Assembly (NCBI RefSeq): GCF_964204645.1
Contig: NC_134032.1
Span: forward strand, 2,290,416-2,354,415
Reading direction: 5' to 3'
Source: Tubulanus polymorphus
Lineage: Eukaryota; Animalia; Nemertea
Length of the DNA stretch: 64,000 bases
A program made the translations under genes and the position numbers. Position 1 is the first letter of the stretch. Each line of letters opens with the position of its first letter. Positions 25,980 through 50,300 of this stretch are shown here, in pieces. A model generated the notes under the pieces. It was not told where the DNA came from. It did no database searches and saw nothing but the letters and a program-made list of their open reading frames with translations.

Positions 25980-26170
25980 GGAATGATTTAAGTGGTTGGT
26001 TTAAGCCGCCGGTCACTGGTCTCGTCAATCCAGGGTTTATGGGTTCAAACCCCGGTGGCGACAGAGTTTATCGGTCGAAGGATCTTCTCCGGTCTCTCCC
26101 CCATCGGGAGAAAGAAACATTAAACCCGCTTTTAATGCCCTGCATGGCGCTTAGTGGGTTAATAAAATGA
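25980..26170 (+). mobile_element. tRNA-derived SINE-like element
   Basis: A-box-like tggttggtttaagc and B box ggttcaaacc, followed by a non-tRNA body; no complete cloverleaf. Confidence 0.5.
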
Positions 26171-27783
26171 TTTTAAAAATTACACGTCCACGCCAGATTA
26201 CGGCCCTCTCTCGTGTGTTAGCATTTCTCATTGTGTTATGTATGATTTTCTATTTTAGGCGGAGTTTGATTTGTGATTGACAACTCATTCAGACGTTTAA
26301 TCTGTCAATTGATTTCGCCTTCTGTGAATAGTGCTGGACGGAAGTGGATCTCAATCACCTCAAACACAGGTAAGACTGGTTTAATTGTATAAATCTAATC
26401 GGTAATAAGAGACCGGCAACCAGTCTAATCTCTATCCTCCTGTCTGTCGTGTGTTTTAGTAAATAGTACATGTATTTGTATATATTGTAAATAACCTTGT
26501 TATGTTTTTCATTGAAATGTTTTTATTTTTCTCTTAATTCGTCAAAATTTTTGTAAACAAATCGCAAGAAATTCAAATTTTATCAGTTAACGCCGATAAA
26601 ATTATAATGTTATGAGTGAACGGAAAAGGTAAAATAATGTATTAGGAATTAGGAACTTTTCTCGATAAAATATAACAAAGTTGTTAATGATACAAACATC
26701 CACTATTTACAATATATCAACTATTAGAGGGATCTATAAACATCTAATCCTATTTCGATGAATTTATTAAACTGGTTTGTAGGATGTTTTGAGATATGTA
26801 TGCGTTAACCAGCTAGTGCTGCCGTCTACAGTCAATTCAACTCACTAAATGATCCACCGCTTGAGAACACTCATAAAAATACACTGCAAGTCACAACTTC
26901 ACAGTAAGATTTACAGACACTAGAAAGAGACTAGAAACAAAGTGAGAAATCTGAACTACAGAATGATATGAAATGAGCCACGTTGTGACTACATGAAATT
27001 GGAACTACTGTCAATCCTGGAACAACCTCGATCAGATAATCCTTAGAAACATAAACCAATCCTTATAAACGGAACACTAATATTTGTATGCTATGTTGTT
27101 CTAAAGCTTATTTCACACAAGTTTTAGTACAAAAATATACGAAACAAATATCAGAAATAGCGGGTATATGTAAATCCATCAAATGTATCATCGTTAACCC
27201 TGAAAGTGCGGTTAGGATCTGATGAAATATCGCAGATCGAAAGTTTCTCCTGAATTCTAAATTTGGATTCTCGGGCTCAATATCATAGAGTGAATCTACA
27301 CCTCGGAATTCTACTCTGAAAACTGGGTATTCGTGTTTCCCGCTGATAACTGCTGTAAGATGAGTCCATCCATCTAAATGTCTCCGGTTATCTCAAACAC
27401 AGGTTAATGGCCCGATCCGTTTCTGTCCAATTTACCGCGAAAACTTGCTTATTCTACCACCTGAAAACAGGAATAGCATGAGTTAGTAATATATCTAACA
27501 CCGGTGATTTTATATCATTCACTCCGTAGGTGTTTAACGCTCAAGACCCGGTACCTATCCCGGTACGTGTGGTTAATCTGATTATTATCGGTCTGGATTT
27601 CATACCCCCCTCCCCTTTTTTTGCGCCGAGCCAATGAGCAACATCGGTTTCTACTGACCGGTCGTCAAATTTGCTTTTGGGAACTTTCATAATGACTTGG
27701 CTTTAACCGCACATGTTTCACCATCCAATCCCGACAGACCAGTTTCTATTTCTTAGTTTCTACACACCCCTTTGAGTCTAATT

Positions 27784-28405
27784 TACCAAAAACCCCCGGT
27801 GAGTAGCGTCTACGCTAGCTGATTGAACCCGGGTTCAACCAAAAACCTCCGGTGAGTAGCGTCTACACTAGCTGATTAAACCCGGGTTTCAACCAAAAAC
27901 CCCCCGTGAGTAGCGTCTACACTAGCTCATTGAACCCGGGTTTCAACCAAAAACCCCCGGTGAGTAGCGTCTACACTAGCTGATTGAACCCAGGTTTCAA
28001 CCAAAAACCCCCGGTGAGTAGCGTCTACACTAGCTCATTGAACCCGGGTTCCAACCAAAAACCCCCGGTGAGTAGCGTCTACGCTAGCTGATTGAACCCG
28101 GGTTTCAACCAAAAACCCGCGCTGAGTAGCGTCTACGCTAGCTGATTGAACCCGAGTTTCAACCAAAAACCCCCGGTGAGTAGCGTCTACACTAGCTCAT
28201 TGAACCCGGGTTTCAACCAAAAACCCCCGGTGAGTAGCGACTACACTAGCTCATTGAACCCGGGTTTCAACCAAAAACCCCCGGTGAGTAGCGTCTACAC
28301 TAGCTCATTGAACCCGGGTTTCAACCAAAAACCCCCGGTGAGTAGCGTCTACACTAGCTCATTGAACCCGGGTTTCAACCAAAAACCCCCGGTGAGTAGC
28401 GTCTA
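27784..28405 (+). repeat. 54-bp tandem satellite (~11 copies)
   Basis: Same unit as 6052-7031. Confidence 0.97.
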
Positions 28406-28557
28406 AGAATTTGTTTGAGTTAACCAGTAGGAAGTTGGTGAAAAGTTCGTCAAAGATAACAAACCGATAAATACCATAGAAACAATGAACTTTAAATCAT
28501 CACCATCTCAACTATCAACTGGTTAACTGTAAACAACTTTTGAGCAACTGCAGCCCC

Positions 28558-28828
28558 AGCCGCGATCACACGAGCGCTTTTGGCCCGACCTAAAACGTCG
28601 GACCAGGCCCGAGCCTAATTTTAGCACCACACAAATTATTGCATTTGAAATGATCCACTTCGCTTTGTTTGAGCATTGTTTAGTATCGAGTGAATGGTTT
28701 GTGTGTGAACGCGCTCTCTAATTAGGCACGGGCCAAATTCCGCTCGGGTCTGATCCGTGCCAATTTGGCCCGAGCCTGATCCGTGCCAATTTGGCCCGGG
28801 CCGAATCGTCTCCGCGTGATCACGGCTT
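28558..28828. mobile_element. MITE (Harbinger-like termini)
   Basis: agccgcgatcacacg...cgcgtgatcacggct; only the right half survives in copy A (~7977-8061). Confidence 0.6.
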
Positions 28829-29508
28829 ATGTCAACTATCGACTGGTTAACTCTTAGCCAATCTTTGAGCAGCTCCTGATAAAGTATTTACCGGTAGCCT
28901 GCTATTAACACAATTGAATAGTTATTTTGTTATCAAACCTTTTTTTCTGAGAAAACTTGCCTGATTCCAAATATCTACCGTCCCACGTCTACAGGTCGAG
29001 CTATGTTTTTGAGATTCAGTCATCTATACAATATGGTTATGTTTAGATATCTATAGTTTATTTGATTGCTATAACAGTTGAAAGTTAATTATGGTTTTGC
29101 AGAGAAAGAAAGTTAATTATCAAAAAAAAGATGAAGTTTCGATTTCAAAATTGAAAGTTTGTTTAAGCAAAAACCTTCTTTAGTTTATCGATTAGAATGA
29201 ATAGTAATGCCGCAAAATTAAGATAATATTTCTGAGGTTTTTTTGGAAAAGCTCTTCAGGGACAATAAACATCCCTTGTATCATTCCTGAAATAGTGACA
29301 ATATACAAGGAAGGTGCAGCTAGTGTGATGTGACAAGATGATGATTTTAATAGATGCGGGTGTTTTATTATACAGCCATCATTTATGCGCGCTTCAGACC
29401 GCAAAGTATCACGTGATAATTATTCGCTCATTCATTGGCTAGTCGATGACTCGCTTGTCGACGGGCGTTTCCAGCTGCAGCTAGCACACGGCAGCAATTT
29501 CCCAATAT

Positions 29509-29982
29509 CAGGCGCGGATCCAGAGCCATTCGCTGACTACAGCACAGTGAAAAAAGGGCACCAACTTTGAAAAGGGCCAGTATTAATGCCCGGCGAGCGA
29601 GTTTGAGTTTGAGTGCCATTTATTGGTATCATGCCACTTAATTTACCTTAACATTCAATTTGCTTGTGCCTTTCTTAGATTTTTGGCGAAATTTGCCCAT
29701 TTTCGATTAGATTTATAGAGCAACAATAAGTCTCTTTTGGAATAGTGCCCTTTTGAGTAAAGGAAAATGCCGTCGATTGCCTTTTATGATTTTGGTCAAT
29801 TTATTTTCATTCACATTTTGCTTTAGTCCTAGTACAGAAAGGCAGAAAGGGAATTATTTTTTATGGCTCACAAATTGTGTTCCTTTTATTTACATTTTTC
29901 CCGAAACAAAAATTTTTCGAGGGCATTTGAAAACTGCGACTACCGCACGTGCTGCATGTGCGATAGTCTGGATCCGCGCCTG
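29509..29982. mobile_element. MITE with 5-bp TSD (paralog of 8603-9070)
   Basis: caggcgcggatcc...ggatccgcgcctg, AATAT TSD. Confidence 0.85.
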
Positions 29983-31009
29983 AATATCAAACATGTTTGA
30001 TATTGGGGCGCGATGCGGAGTAAATCCTCTCGACGACGAGCGATTTCTGTCGCCGGTTGCCGAGCGGTTGCGTGAGCCGGGCTTTAGGTTATTTCGAAAA
30101 TAGCGACCATTTACGAGGAAGGCAAGATGATAAATAGATTCTGGTAGATATCCAGTCATCTTTCCTTTATCATAGAGTATTTCAATTCAGATTACGAAGG
30201 TCCAGAATTTATTTTATACACTTAATGTAACTAGTATAAAGATAGAATGGATGATAGTAGAAATATGATTAGAAAATAACCGCGTCTAATTAATGAACTA
30301 ATGAAAGACAATAAGTATTAAATGGAAACTCGTGTTGATTTAGGGGGAAATAAGTCGACTGTTTGGACGTCGCAGATTGAATCTCGCCCTGAGGGGAATT
30401 TGGTAATAACGCGAATTAATTCGAAAGGGTTTTAGAAAATGCAAATATATCTGTGAAGCATTTTGAAACCACGCAACTCGAGCAGGAATCGAAATTGATT
30501 ATTATACATATAAAAATCTCAAAATCAATTTATCATTCATTTTTTGGCAATATCGACTGTGATATAAGGAAGCTATGTTCAATTATCCGCCCACCTTCAA
30601 GCCCCTATCCCTCTAGATATTTCAATCAGAGACAATTATGTGTTTTCAAAAGTTTATTATTAGAGTGCGTCAATAGAGAGAGAGATAATGATCCCGGGTC
30701 ATTCACAAAATAACGTCTCGTACAAGGAAGTGAAATTATCTGTCAAAAAAACGATGGTTTCCTATGCTATAATACAACACAGTTTTTTCATTTAAATAAA
30801 AAGATTGCAATCTCGATCGCAAATCGTCTGAAGGTTTACGCTAACCTCCCCTAGCCCTGGAGGACCCCTAAACCTAACCCTCTGGGCCCTTTTCTCACCC
30901 TATTGAGGCGTTTTCAAACCCTTACGGGCGCCAAATCTTGACAAGAGAAATCCCACAATAACGAAGCCAAGATTGAAAAATTCTATATCAGAATGATCGT
31001 ATTTGAGGA

Positions 31010-31050
31010 GCGACGTTTCGGCTAACAACTGTTAGCCATCATCAGACGTA
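31010..31050 (-). ncRNA. minimal hammerhead ribozyme motif in inverted pLTR
   Basis: Reverse complement reads CTGATGA-T-ggctaac(agtt)gttagcc-GAAACGTC. Confidence 0.55.
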
Positions 31051-33374
31051 CAACTGTTAGCCATCATCAGACGTACAACTGTTAGCCATCATCAGACGTA
31101 CAACTGTTAGCCATCATCAGGCGTACTGAAATACAATCATTCTGATATAGAATACAATCCTCAAATACAATCATTCTGATATAGAATACAATCCTCAAAT
31201 ACAATCATTCTGATATAGAATTTTTCAATCTTGGCTTCGTTATTGCGAGATTTCTCTCGTCATCATCATACACGGATATTGTGTATCTTCTCGGCTAATC
31301 ACGTAAATCGGATCGTAAAATTGTTCTTCAATTCTTCGTCGTAACTTTTCCGCATCTCATCTCATCTCTTTTTTTCGGACTTCGGAAAAAACGGCACAAA
31401 AACTGCGAAAACCAAAGTTAAATTCCTTCAAGAAAAAGTGAATCTCCGTTCGTTGAATTGGATCAGGAAATTTGATGCGCTCGTTTCCGCAGCGAGCAAG
31501 TATTCAAAACAGCGATCAGTAAAGCTAAAGACGACTGCGATTATCAGTATCTTAGATCACAACTTCCGCACCCGCATCTTTTCCGTTTACTCTCGTCTCT
31601 ATCGTTATAGTAACCGTCATTTTTCTGGAAATTCTAGCAAAGCTCGGAAGTTACATCAACTCGTCGGTGCTAGTCCTCGGACTAAGTATAGTGACGCCGA
31701 CATCATTGTGAATCTCTCCTCAGCTACGCTCTCAACATATCAACTTCAACTTCTCGGATTCGGTTTGAATTTCTCTCTACCCCGTCGTAAGTCGAATATT
31801 CTGGATTTTATGTCGGATTTAGAACTCGTCAAAAACTCGTCGTCAAATTTGGACTATAGTTTTTTGTTTACGAACTTACAAACTATCTGTGATAACCTTC
31901 GGAATAACTATTCCGAATTCTTACCTCGCCGTTTTAGGATTGCCCTCGCCGAACTCAAAAAATTGGACTCTGTTAGTATTTATAATGCCGACAAAGGTGG
32001 TAAAATTGTTCGGTTAGATATCTGCGACTAAAATTGAAAAATCTTCTCCCTTCTCGGTGATTTCAATGTATACAAACCATTAAAATCCAATCCTCGGCTT
32101 CATTCAACAAGAATCTTTCTGATATTATTAAACGTTTCCCGGATTCTAAAGACATTCCTCGAAATTCCGATCTCGGCTTCCGTCTCTCCCATATATTTAC
32201 GGGCTGCCTAAAATTCACAAACAAGATGTTCCCCTACGCCCTGTCGTATCGAACTACAACTCTCCCTCTTATCGCTTATCCATATTTATGGCTAAACAAT
32301 TATCCCCGATTCTCGGTTCCCCCATGCACTTACGGCACAACCAAGATTTACTTGAACGTTTCCTGGTAATGATAAATTCATCTCGTTTCGACGCTAGTTC
32401 TCTGTTTACCAATGTCCCCATCGCGCCTACCTTGGATTTTCTCAAACGTAAACTACCCTCGTTAGACTTCAATTTTTTATTTTCCTACTGATTGTATCAT
32501 TGAATTAATTGAAATTTGCACTCAGAACTCCTTTTTCAGTTTTAATAATTCATATTTTGAACAGGTCTTTGGTGCGTCCACGGGAACCCCCTTAGCCCCA
32601 TTTTAGCAAATTTATTTCTCGAACATGTCGAAACTGTATTATTACCTCCTCTATACTAGCACTCCCCCCTAAGCTTTGGTTACGATATGTTGATGACGTT
32701 CTTGCGCTTATTCCTTGCGATTTTGATATTGATTTATTTCTCTCATTCATTAACTCTGTTTACCCCTCGATGAACTTCACATTTGAATTGGAAGTTGATG
32801 GAAAAATCCCATTTTTAGACGTGTGCATTCATAATTATTTGTCGTGTTTGAAATTCTCAGTTTATAGGAAAGCCACTCATTCTGGATCCTACTTGCATTA
32901 TTTTCCCTTTACCACTTATAGCATAAAACTCGGTGTTGCTCAGGGATTATTTCTTCGTGCTTTTAGGATTTGCGACCCCCTTTTTCTCGATGATGAACTC
33001 ACCCAGATCAGGAATTCACTTAATAAGTTAGCTTATCCTAACGACCTTTTGAATAAAGCTTATTTTCGAGCCTGTCGCACTCATTTTTGTAATTCTCGAG
33101 TTTCGCGCCCTCACAAACTCGCTTCACTTGTACCCTCATTATTCTGTTAGCTTGTTTACCTCCGTTTGACACTTCCACTCATCCACTCTCCCTCCGTCCC
33201 TCCCTCCCCGGTTTTTGTTATTTAATTACTTAAATCTTAATCCTTTAATCTTAATCATTTGTCATATTCTGGTATAAATATCCTGTTATTTGATTTTATT
33301 CTCAGTACGCCTGATGATGGCTAACAGTTGTACGCCTGATGATGGCTAACAGTTGTACGTCTGATGATGGCTTC

Positions 33375-33412
33375 GCCTGATGATGGCTAACAGTTGTTAG
33401 CCGAAACGTCGC
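33375..33412 (+). ncRNA. minimal hammerhead ribozyme motif in 3' pLTR
   Basis: gc-CTGATGA-T-ggctaac(agtt)gttagcc-GAAACGTC-gc; stem I only ~2 bp. Confidence 0.6.
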
Positions 33413-33642
33413 TCCTCAAATACAACCATTCTGATATAGAATTTTTCAATCTTGGCTTCGTTATCGTAGGATTTCTCTCCTCATCATCATACACGGATAT
33501 TGTGTATCTTCTCGTCTAAACCTAAATCTTGTATGAGTATATCTGATTAGGGCGGCAGAATCGATGGATCGGAACTAGACCTAGCGATCAAAAGGTGGTT
33601 ATGAGTGATATAATATTATAGTGGAACCCTCCCCGATGAGCT

Positions 33643-33953
33643 GCCCTCTCTCAGGGCGTCCCTCATTTCCCTCTCTCAGGGTGTCCCTCATTTCCCTCAT
33701 TTCCCTCTCTCAGGGTGTTCATCATTTCACTCTCTCAGGGCATCCCTCATTTCACTCTCACAGGGTGTCCCTCATTTCCCTCAGGGTGTCCATCATTTCC
33801 CTCTCTCAGGGCATCCCTCATTTCACTCTCTCAGGGCATCCCTCATTTCACTCTCTCAGGGTGTCCCTCATTTCACTCTCTCAGGGTGTCCCTCATTTCC
33901 CTCTCTCAGGGTGTCCATCATTTCCCTCTCTCAGGGCATCCCTCATTTCCCTC
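33643..33953 (+). repeat. 25-bp minisatellite
   Basis: ccctctctcagggtgtccctcattt, ~12 copies. Confidence 0.93.
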
Positions 33954-34136
33954 AATCCCGGCACGTATACCGGGTTGATATATGAGGGTATATATGACTT
34001 CTGGTCCTACCCCTCAGACCTACCCCTCTAGATATTTCAATCAGAGAAGATTATACACGTTTAAGTATTTATTAATATCCGCCCTGATAGTTGTAAAACG
34101 ATGATTCTTCCTTATATGGACATGTTTTTTGTAGAA

Positions 34137-34146
34137 GGAAGTGAAA
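34137..34146 (+). promoter_or_regulatory. Ets-IRF composite-like element upstream of the receptor gene
   Basis: GGAAGTGAAA (GGAAnnGAAA) ~160 bp upstream of ATG 34307, invariant in paralogous blocks at 9838 and 30726; TATATAAA at ~34245. Confidence 0.4.
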
Positions 34147-34306
34147 TTTTCATATAAAAACGTTGGTTTCCTAATAGTTTAACGCACAGTGCGACGCAGT
34201 TTTCTGATTTATAAAGTTGATGATATCGGTGTCCGTGTGAATGTTATATAAACACAGTTTTTGTTAGTGGTTCACAGTTAGTTGTTTAGTATCGATAAGT
34301 CTCAAT

Positions 34307-45270
<10,964 letters not shown>

Positions 45271-45868
45271 AACCAGTGAATTATAATCTGCCAATCGCGA
45301 CAATCAATTCCTATTATTTTTAATTTTCTTTTCTCATTTCTTGTTTGTGTTATTTGTTTTTTCTGTATATTATCTGTAACTATTTTTTATTTTTCGGTCA
45401 GCTGTCCCACTGTATGTTTTCCCACTGATATATTGTAAGATTTTTATGATGATCATATAATCATATTCTGTCTTAGAAAACTGATGTATAGGATTATACT
45501 ATGTCATAATTTTTGCAGGAAATAAAGTAATAATAATAATGATAAAAATAATGATGATAATAGGCCTAATAATAATAATTTATCCAAGTAGAATTTTATA
45601 AAAATCAAGACATCATATTCTTTAGATAATAAATGAATTGTAAATAAGTATTTATCTGTCTAATATTGGTATGTTTGTAATATGTTTCTAATGTTTGTTT
45701 ATGACTGTGCAGGAGTCAGTTGCCTCTAAGTTGGTTGTTATAGTTAACCAGTGGATAGTTGACTATTGATAGTGACAATTAAAAGTTTATTGTTACTATG
45801 TATGCTATTTATCCACCGGTTATCTTTATCCATCTTAACAAGCTGCTACAGCCTCCGCCCCCTCCCCC

Positions 45869-46580
45869 GGGCCAGTTGCGTAGTCATAACTTGAGTCCAA
45901 AAGTGGTCTTGAATCTTAAGACTGGTCTTAAGTTGTTAGATTGGCTATAGAACTAAGTTGGTCTTAGACTGGTCTTAAGTTGTTAGGTCGGCTATAGAAC
46001 CAAAATGAGCTTAGAAAGGTCTTAAAGTAGTTAGATTGGCTATAGAACTAAGTTGGTCTTAGACTGGTCTTGTAGTTAGATTGGTTATAGAACCAAAATG
46101 AGCTTAGACTGGTCTCAAGTTGTTAGATTAGCTATAGAACAAAAATGAGCTTAGACTGGTCTTAAGTTGTTAGATTGGCTATAGAACTAAGTTGGTCTTA
46201 GACTGGTCTCAAGTTGTTAGATTAGCTATAGAACAAAAATGAGCTTAGACTGGTCTTAAGTTGTTAGATTGGCTATAGAACTAAGTTGGTCTTAGACTGG
46301 TCTTAAGTTGTTAGATTGGTTATAGAACCAAAATGAGCTTAGACTGGTCTTAAGTTGTTAGATTAGCTATAGAACCAAAATGAGCTTAGACTGGTCTTTA
46401 GTTGTTAGATTGGCCATAGGACCAAGTTGGTCTGAGACTGGTCTTAAGTTGTTAGATTGGCTATAGAACTATGGTCTTGGGTCTAAGATTTAATCTTAAG
46501 ACTGATTTTAAGTTTATGTCAGATTGGCTGTAGAACTGGTCTTAGACTGGTTGAAAGTCTAACCATGACTATGCAACCGG
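45869..46580. mobile_element. MITE carrying an internal 47-bp satellite (~13 units)
   Basis: TIRs ggccagttgcgtagtc / gactatgcaaccggc; unit ttagactggtcttaagttgttagattggctatagaactaagttggtc; shorter inverted relative at 60212-60395. Confidence 0.8.
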
Positions 46581-46582
46581 CA

Positions 46583-46855
46583 CAGAGCCGTCGGTAGGAA
46601 TTTTTCAGTGGCAAGGCTTATTTCTGAAGGGGGGTCTGGGGCCCTCCCCTAGAAAGATTTTGATAATTCAATCGCCGGAGATGCGTTTTGGGGCCATTTC
46701 ATGGTCTCATTCATAGAAACATGAGAAGTCGTGAGCCAACCACCTAGTACAGAGAACGACGAGCTGCTACGCGGTACAGCGTGCTTTGAAAAAACTTTAA
46801 GCAAAAAAGTGGGGCGGCTTTGGCCGACCCTGCCGCCCCTGTTCCGACGGCCCTG
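46583..46855. mobile_element. MITE with CAG TIRs and 5-bp TSD
   Basis: CGGCA|cagagccgtcgg...ccgacggccctg|CGGCA; left-end fragment again at ~47308-47354. Confidence 0.85.
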
Positions 46856-47354
46856 CGGCAGCTGGATCCAGTTCCACTTTTCGCGGTTAAATCTTAAATG
46901 TTATGATAAATCTCAGCACTATGAAACTGGATCAATATTTCCATCATCTAACCCGCGGGTTACATATGTATTTTCATTGATTGTATGAACTAAAAAGGAA
47001 TGAATTAATTTGAGAAGATAATTTGAATATAACCATTAAACAGTCGTTAGCGTTTTATTTTTTTTGTCGTTTTGATGACGTCATGGATATCTTACGGAAA
47101 ACCCAATCTCATGGTAGAGGAGTTTGCATCTTGACCCCTCAAAATTTGGTGACTTTCTACATACATTTATTTCACCGTACGGTGCTGCCGCTATACTCCT
47201 TGTTATACTCCTTGGCAAGCAAGGGTTATGGAGTATAACTAGAGAGCACGTCGATTGCCAGAGTTGACTTACGTTAGTGTATAAAAAAAACCGCTAACGA
47301 TGAGCATCAGAGCCGTCGGAAGGAATTTTTCAGTGGCGAGGCTTATTTCTGAAG

Positions 47355-50300
47355 CATTATGAGAATGCCGGTTTGCTAGCGTATCTATTTAACACCCGTA
47401 TTGCTCGGGTTAGTTTTACTACCAACGGATGGCGCTGTATGTAAATTTCACATAAATCAACGACTTTCGGCTATTAGCGGTACTTAAGACCACTTGAAAA
47501 CATCGTAGTCAATTACGCGGTAGTAGTGAAAATAAAAAGTTACGGTTCGGTGTACAGCACCATAGCACCCATATAATACCACATACATTTTATTCAGACT
47601 AAGGACTATTAGTTAACACTGATCTTCATTTCCATTAATTAATGATCTGTTGAATTAATTAGTAATCCAGTCTTTCGGTGTTCGAGATAAAATGCCCGCA
47701 AAATAAGAACTAACGAACCAGGGCTGACCACAAATTGCCCAACAGATAAATTTAAAATTTTTGGAAACGACACAGTCATGTTTAGTATCAAATAACTCGT
47801 GGCGTGGACCTTGGTCTATTAACTGACCAATGCATGACAAGTACTGGCTATATAGGCCCTAGTAAATTATCTGTTTTGCAAACAATTAAGTTGTTTGGTG
47901 TCAAATAACTAGATATGATGTGGACATTAAATTAAAAATTGTTTAACTGACCAATGCTTGACCAGTACTGACCAGTTACCACTAACTAGAACCCACCATA
48001 AGTAATTTATATGTTTAGTAAAGCAATAAAATCGTGTTTGGGCGTCGAGCTACTAGATACGATGCGGGCTATGATCTAACAACTATTTAACTGACCAATA
48101 TTTTACCAATACTGATCTTAAAGTAATTTGTTTATTCTAGAAGCAACACAGTCGTGTTTGGTGTCAAATAATTAGAAATGGTGTGGGCTTTCATCTAACT
48201 ATTCAAGTGACCAAATCTTGACCAATACTGACCACATAGCTATATTTATCTGTTTCGGACACAACTTAGTCGTGTCTCGTATCAAATAATTTCATTCGGT
48301 CTGAACGTTAATATAATAACTCTTTTACCTGTACAAGCTACACCAGTACTGTCTAATTACCGATTAAATGTTTTTAGAAATAACACGGGGTATTGCCTGA
48401 ATCCTTCGTCAGTACTACTCTTATTAAATGTGTCGTTTTAAAAGTCTTGTCCAATTTTTATTGTAGGAAGCGAGCTAACTTTGAAATTTCCCACTAAATG
48501 CAAAAGATTTTCACATCGGGTTTTGAACGAACAACGTTTCGATTTGTAATTGTAACGTGCGCATTTTAGCATGTAACGTGCACATTTCACTAGTGTGAAC
48601 GTGCGTATCGGTATCATTATGCGAAACTTGTCAAACTTTTGCGTTCAAGACGTTAAACTGAACACTAAAGGAGATATTATATCATATCATATCATATCAT
48701 ATATATATGAATAATGAATAGATGGAAGATAATGTAGTAGTTTTGAATGTTTCGTAACTGCCGTCCACTGACCGCAGATCATCAAAGTTAATCGCCTCAT
48801 TTGAAATATATATTCGTTATAAGGGATGTAGTAGTTCAGTGAGAATTCAAAGTTATGGGTAATTTTAAGTGATCACAACGCTGACCAATAGAGAAAGCTG
48901 TATCACAACAGAAGTGGGACTACCGTATCTTATTGAAACATTTAAAATACCGGAGAGTAAATGGGAGAACCCTGAATTCGAAACAATTTCACACTCGGAT
49001 CGTTTACTTTGAAAACACAATTTGCAATTTGTGGACATGCATTATTTCGGCACCAAAAGCATGAAGTATATTATCTTTGCTCGTAAAAATTTGATATTTT
49101 GAGGAAGATTTTTGGCCTCGTTAACCTGTGAACACGTCCTTCATATATCTTCTAAGACCGATCTTGATATAATGCTGAGAGTTTAGAGAAAATTATGGTA
49201 GGATGTAAACTTAGGCTGCTTCGTATCCGTGGAAGGTTGCTAATTATTGATCTTATACACAATAATCATAAGTACGTAACACGAGACTCCATAGAATATC
49301 GTTTTTCAATCATACGTACACAAATTATTGCGATATAAAGATAAATAGTACTTTAATATACTTTTTACTTCTTATACTGAATATTTCTTTAGTAGTATTA
49401 ATAAAGAGTGGATCAGCAGGCTACCTGAGCCCATTCCACGATTTGAGGTCAGTTGCCAAAAGTTAGTAAGTTTACATACCAGTGGATAGTTAACATTTAA
49501 AATGACAATTAAAACTTCATTGCTAAAAATAACTTTGTATTCGTAGAATAGTCACACTCAAATGCGGAGAATTGATAATACCATAATACAATACGAAAAT
49601 TCACTGTGTACAAATTCAAAATTCGCTTTTTACGCTTTTAATATTTGACTCGACGGTTGGTTTTAGATTGTATCTCTCCAAGCCGGAGGTAATCACGGAT
49701 ATCGGACTACAAAAAAAAATTCCTTGTGTAAAGCTCAACTTTGTAAATTCCTGGAAAAGCTCGCCTCGGATATTTCAATAATGATTAAACATTAATTTTC
49801 CCAACGAAAAACCTAAACAACCAATTGTACGCTTGCTTTAAGTTTACCAATGCACTATCGTTGCTTTTTCTAGCTATTTGCACTGTTTGCCGCAAAAAGA
49901 TTGCATCCTCTATTACAGGATTTAAGGATACAACTCTAAAACCAGTTAGTTTAAATTAACCATTATACAATATGATACATGACCAAATACACTGTTAATA
50001 TGAAAAAGATCCAATATGTACACATTTCAAATCTCAAACCAAGTTTTATCATTAGAAAATAACGACACAACGTTCGATCGTTCACTAGAGATCATCTTTT
50101 TGAATTTGTACACAGTGAATTTTCGTATCGTATTATGGTATTATCAATTCTCCGCATTTGAGTGTGACTATTCTACGAATACAAAGTTATTTTTAGCAAT
50201 GAAGTTTTAATTGTCATTTTAAATGTTAACTATCCACTGGTATGTAAACTTACTAACTTTTGGCAACTGACCTCAAATCGTGGAATGGGCTCAGGTAGCC

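Larger units (their letters stand above)
26639..30924 (+). repeat. segmental duplication, copy B
   Basis: Direct repeat of 4510-10027. Confidence 0.95.
30938..33520 (+). mobile_element. Penelope-like retroelement (PLE), degenerate, with inverted 5' pLTR and no visible GIY-YIG
   Basis: ADKGGKIV (PLE DKG), IYGLPKIHKQDVPLRPVVS, FDASSLFTNVP, WLRYVDDV, IPFLDV, VYRKATHSGSYLH across frameshifts; direct pLTRs ~31130-31298 and 33300-33518; 30938-31129 is the inverse of 33302-33480. Confidence 0.92.

Noticed and set aside
25990-26060. tRNA gene
   Set aside because: A/B boxes are present but there is no full cloverleaf; better explained as a SINE head
22206-26369. Orphan exon-like segments (22206-22340, 24157-24420, 24929-24979, 26259-26369)
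   Set aside because: Plausible splice signals but no consistent reading frame or recognisable product
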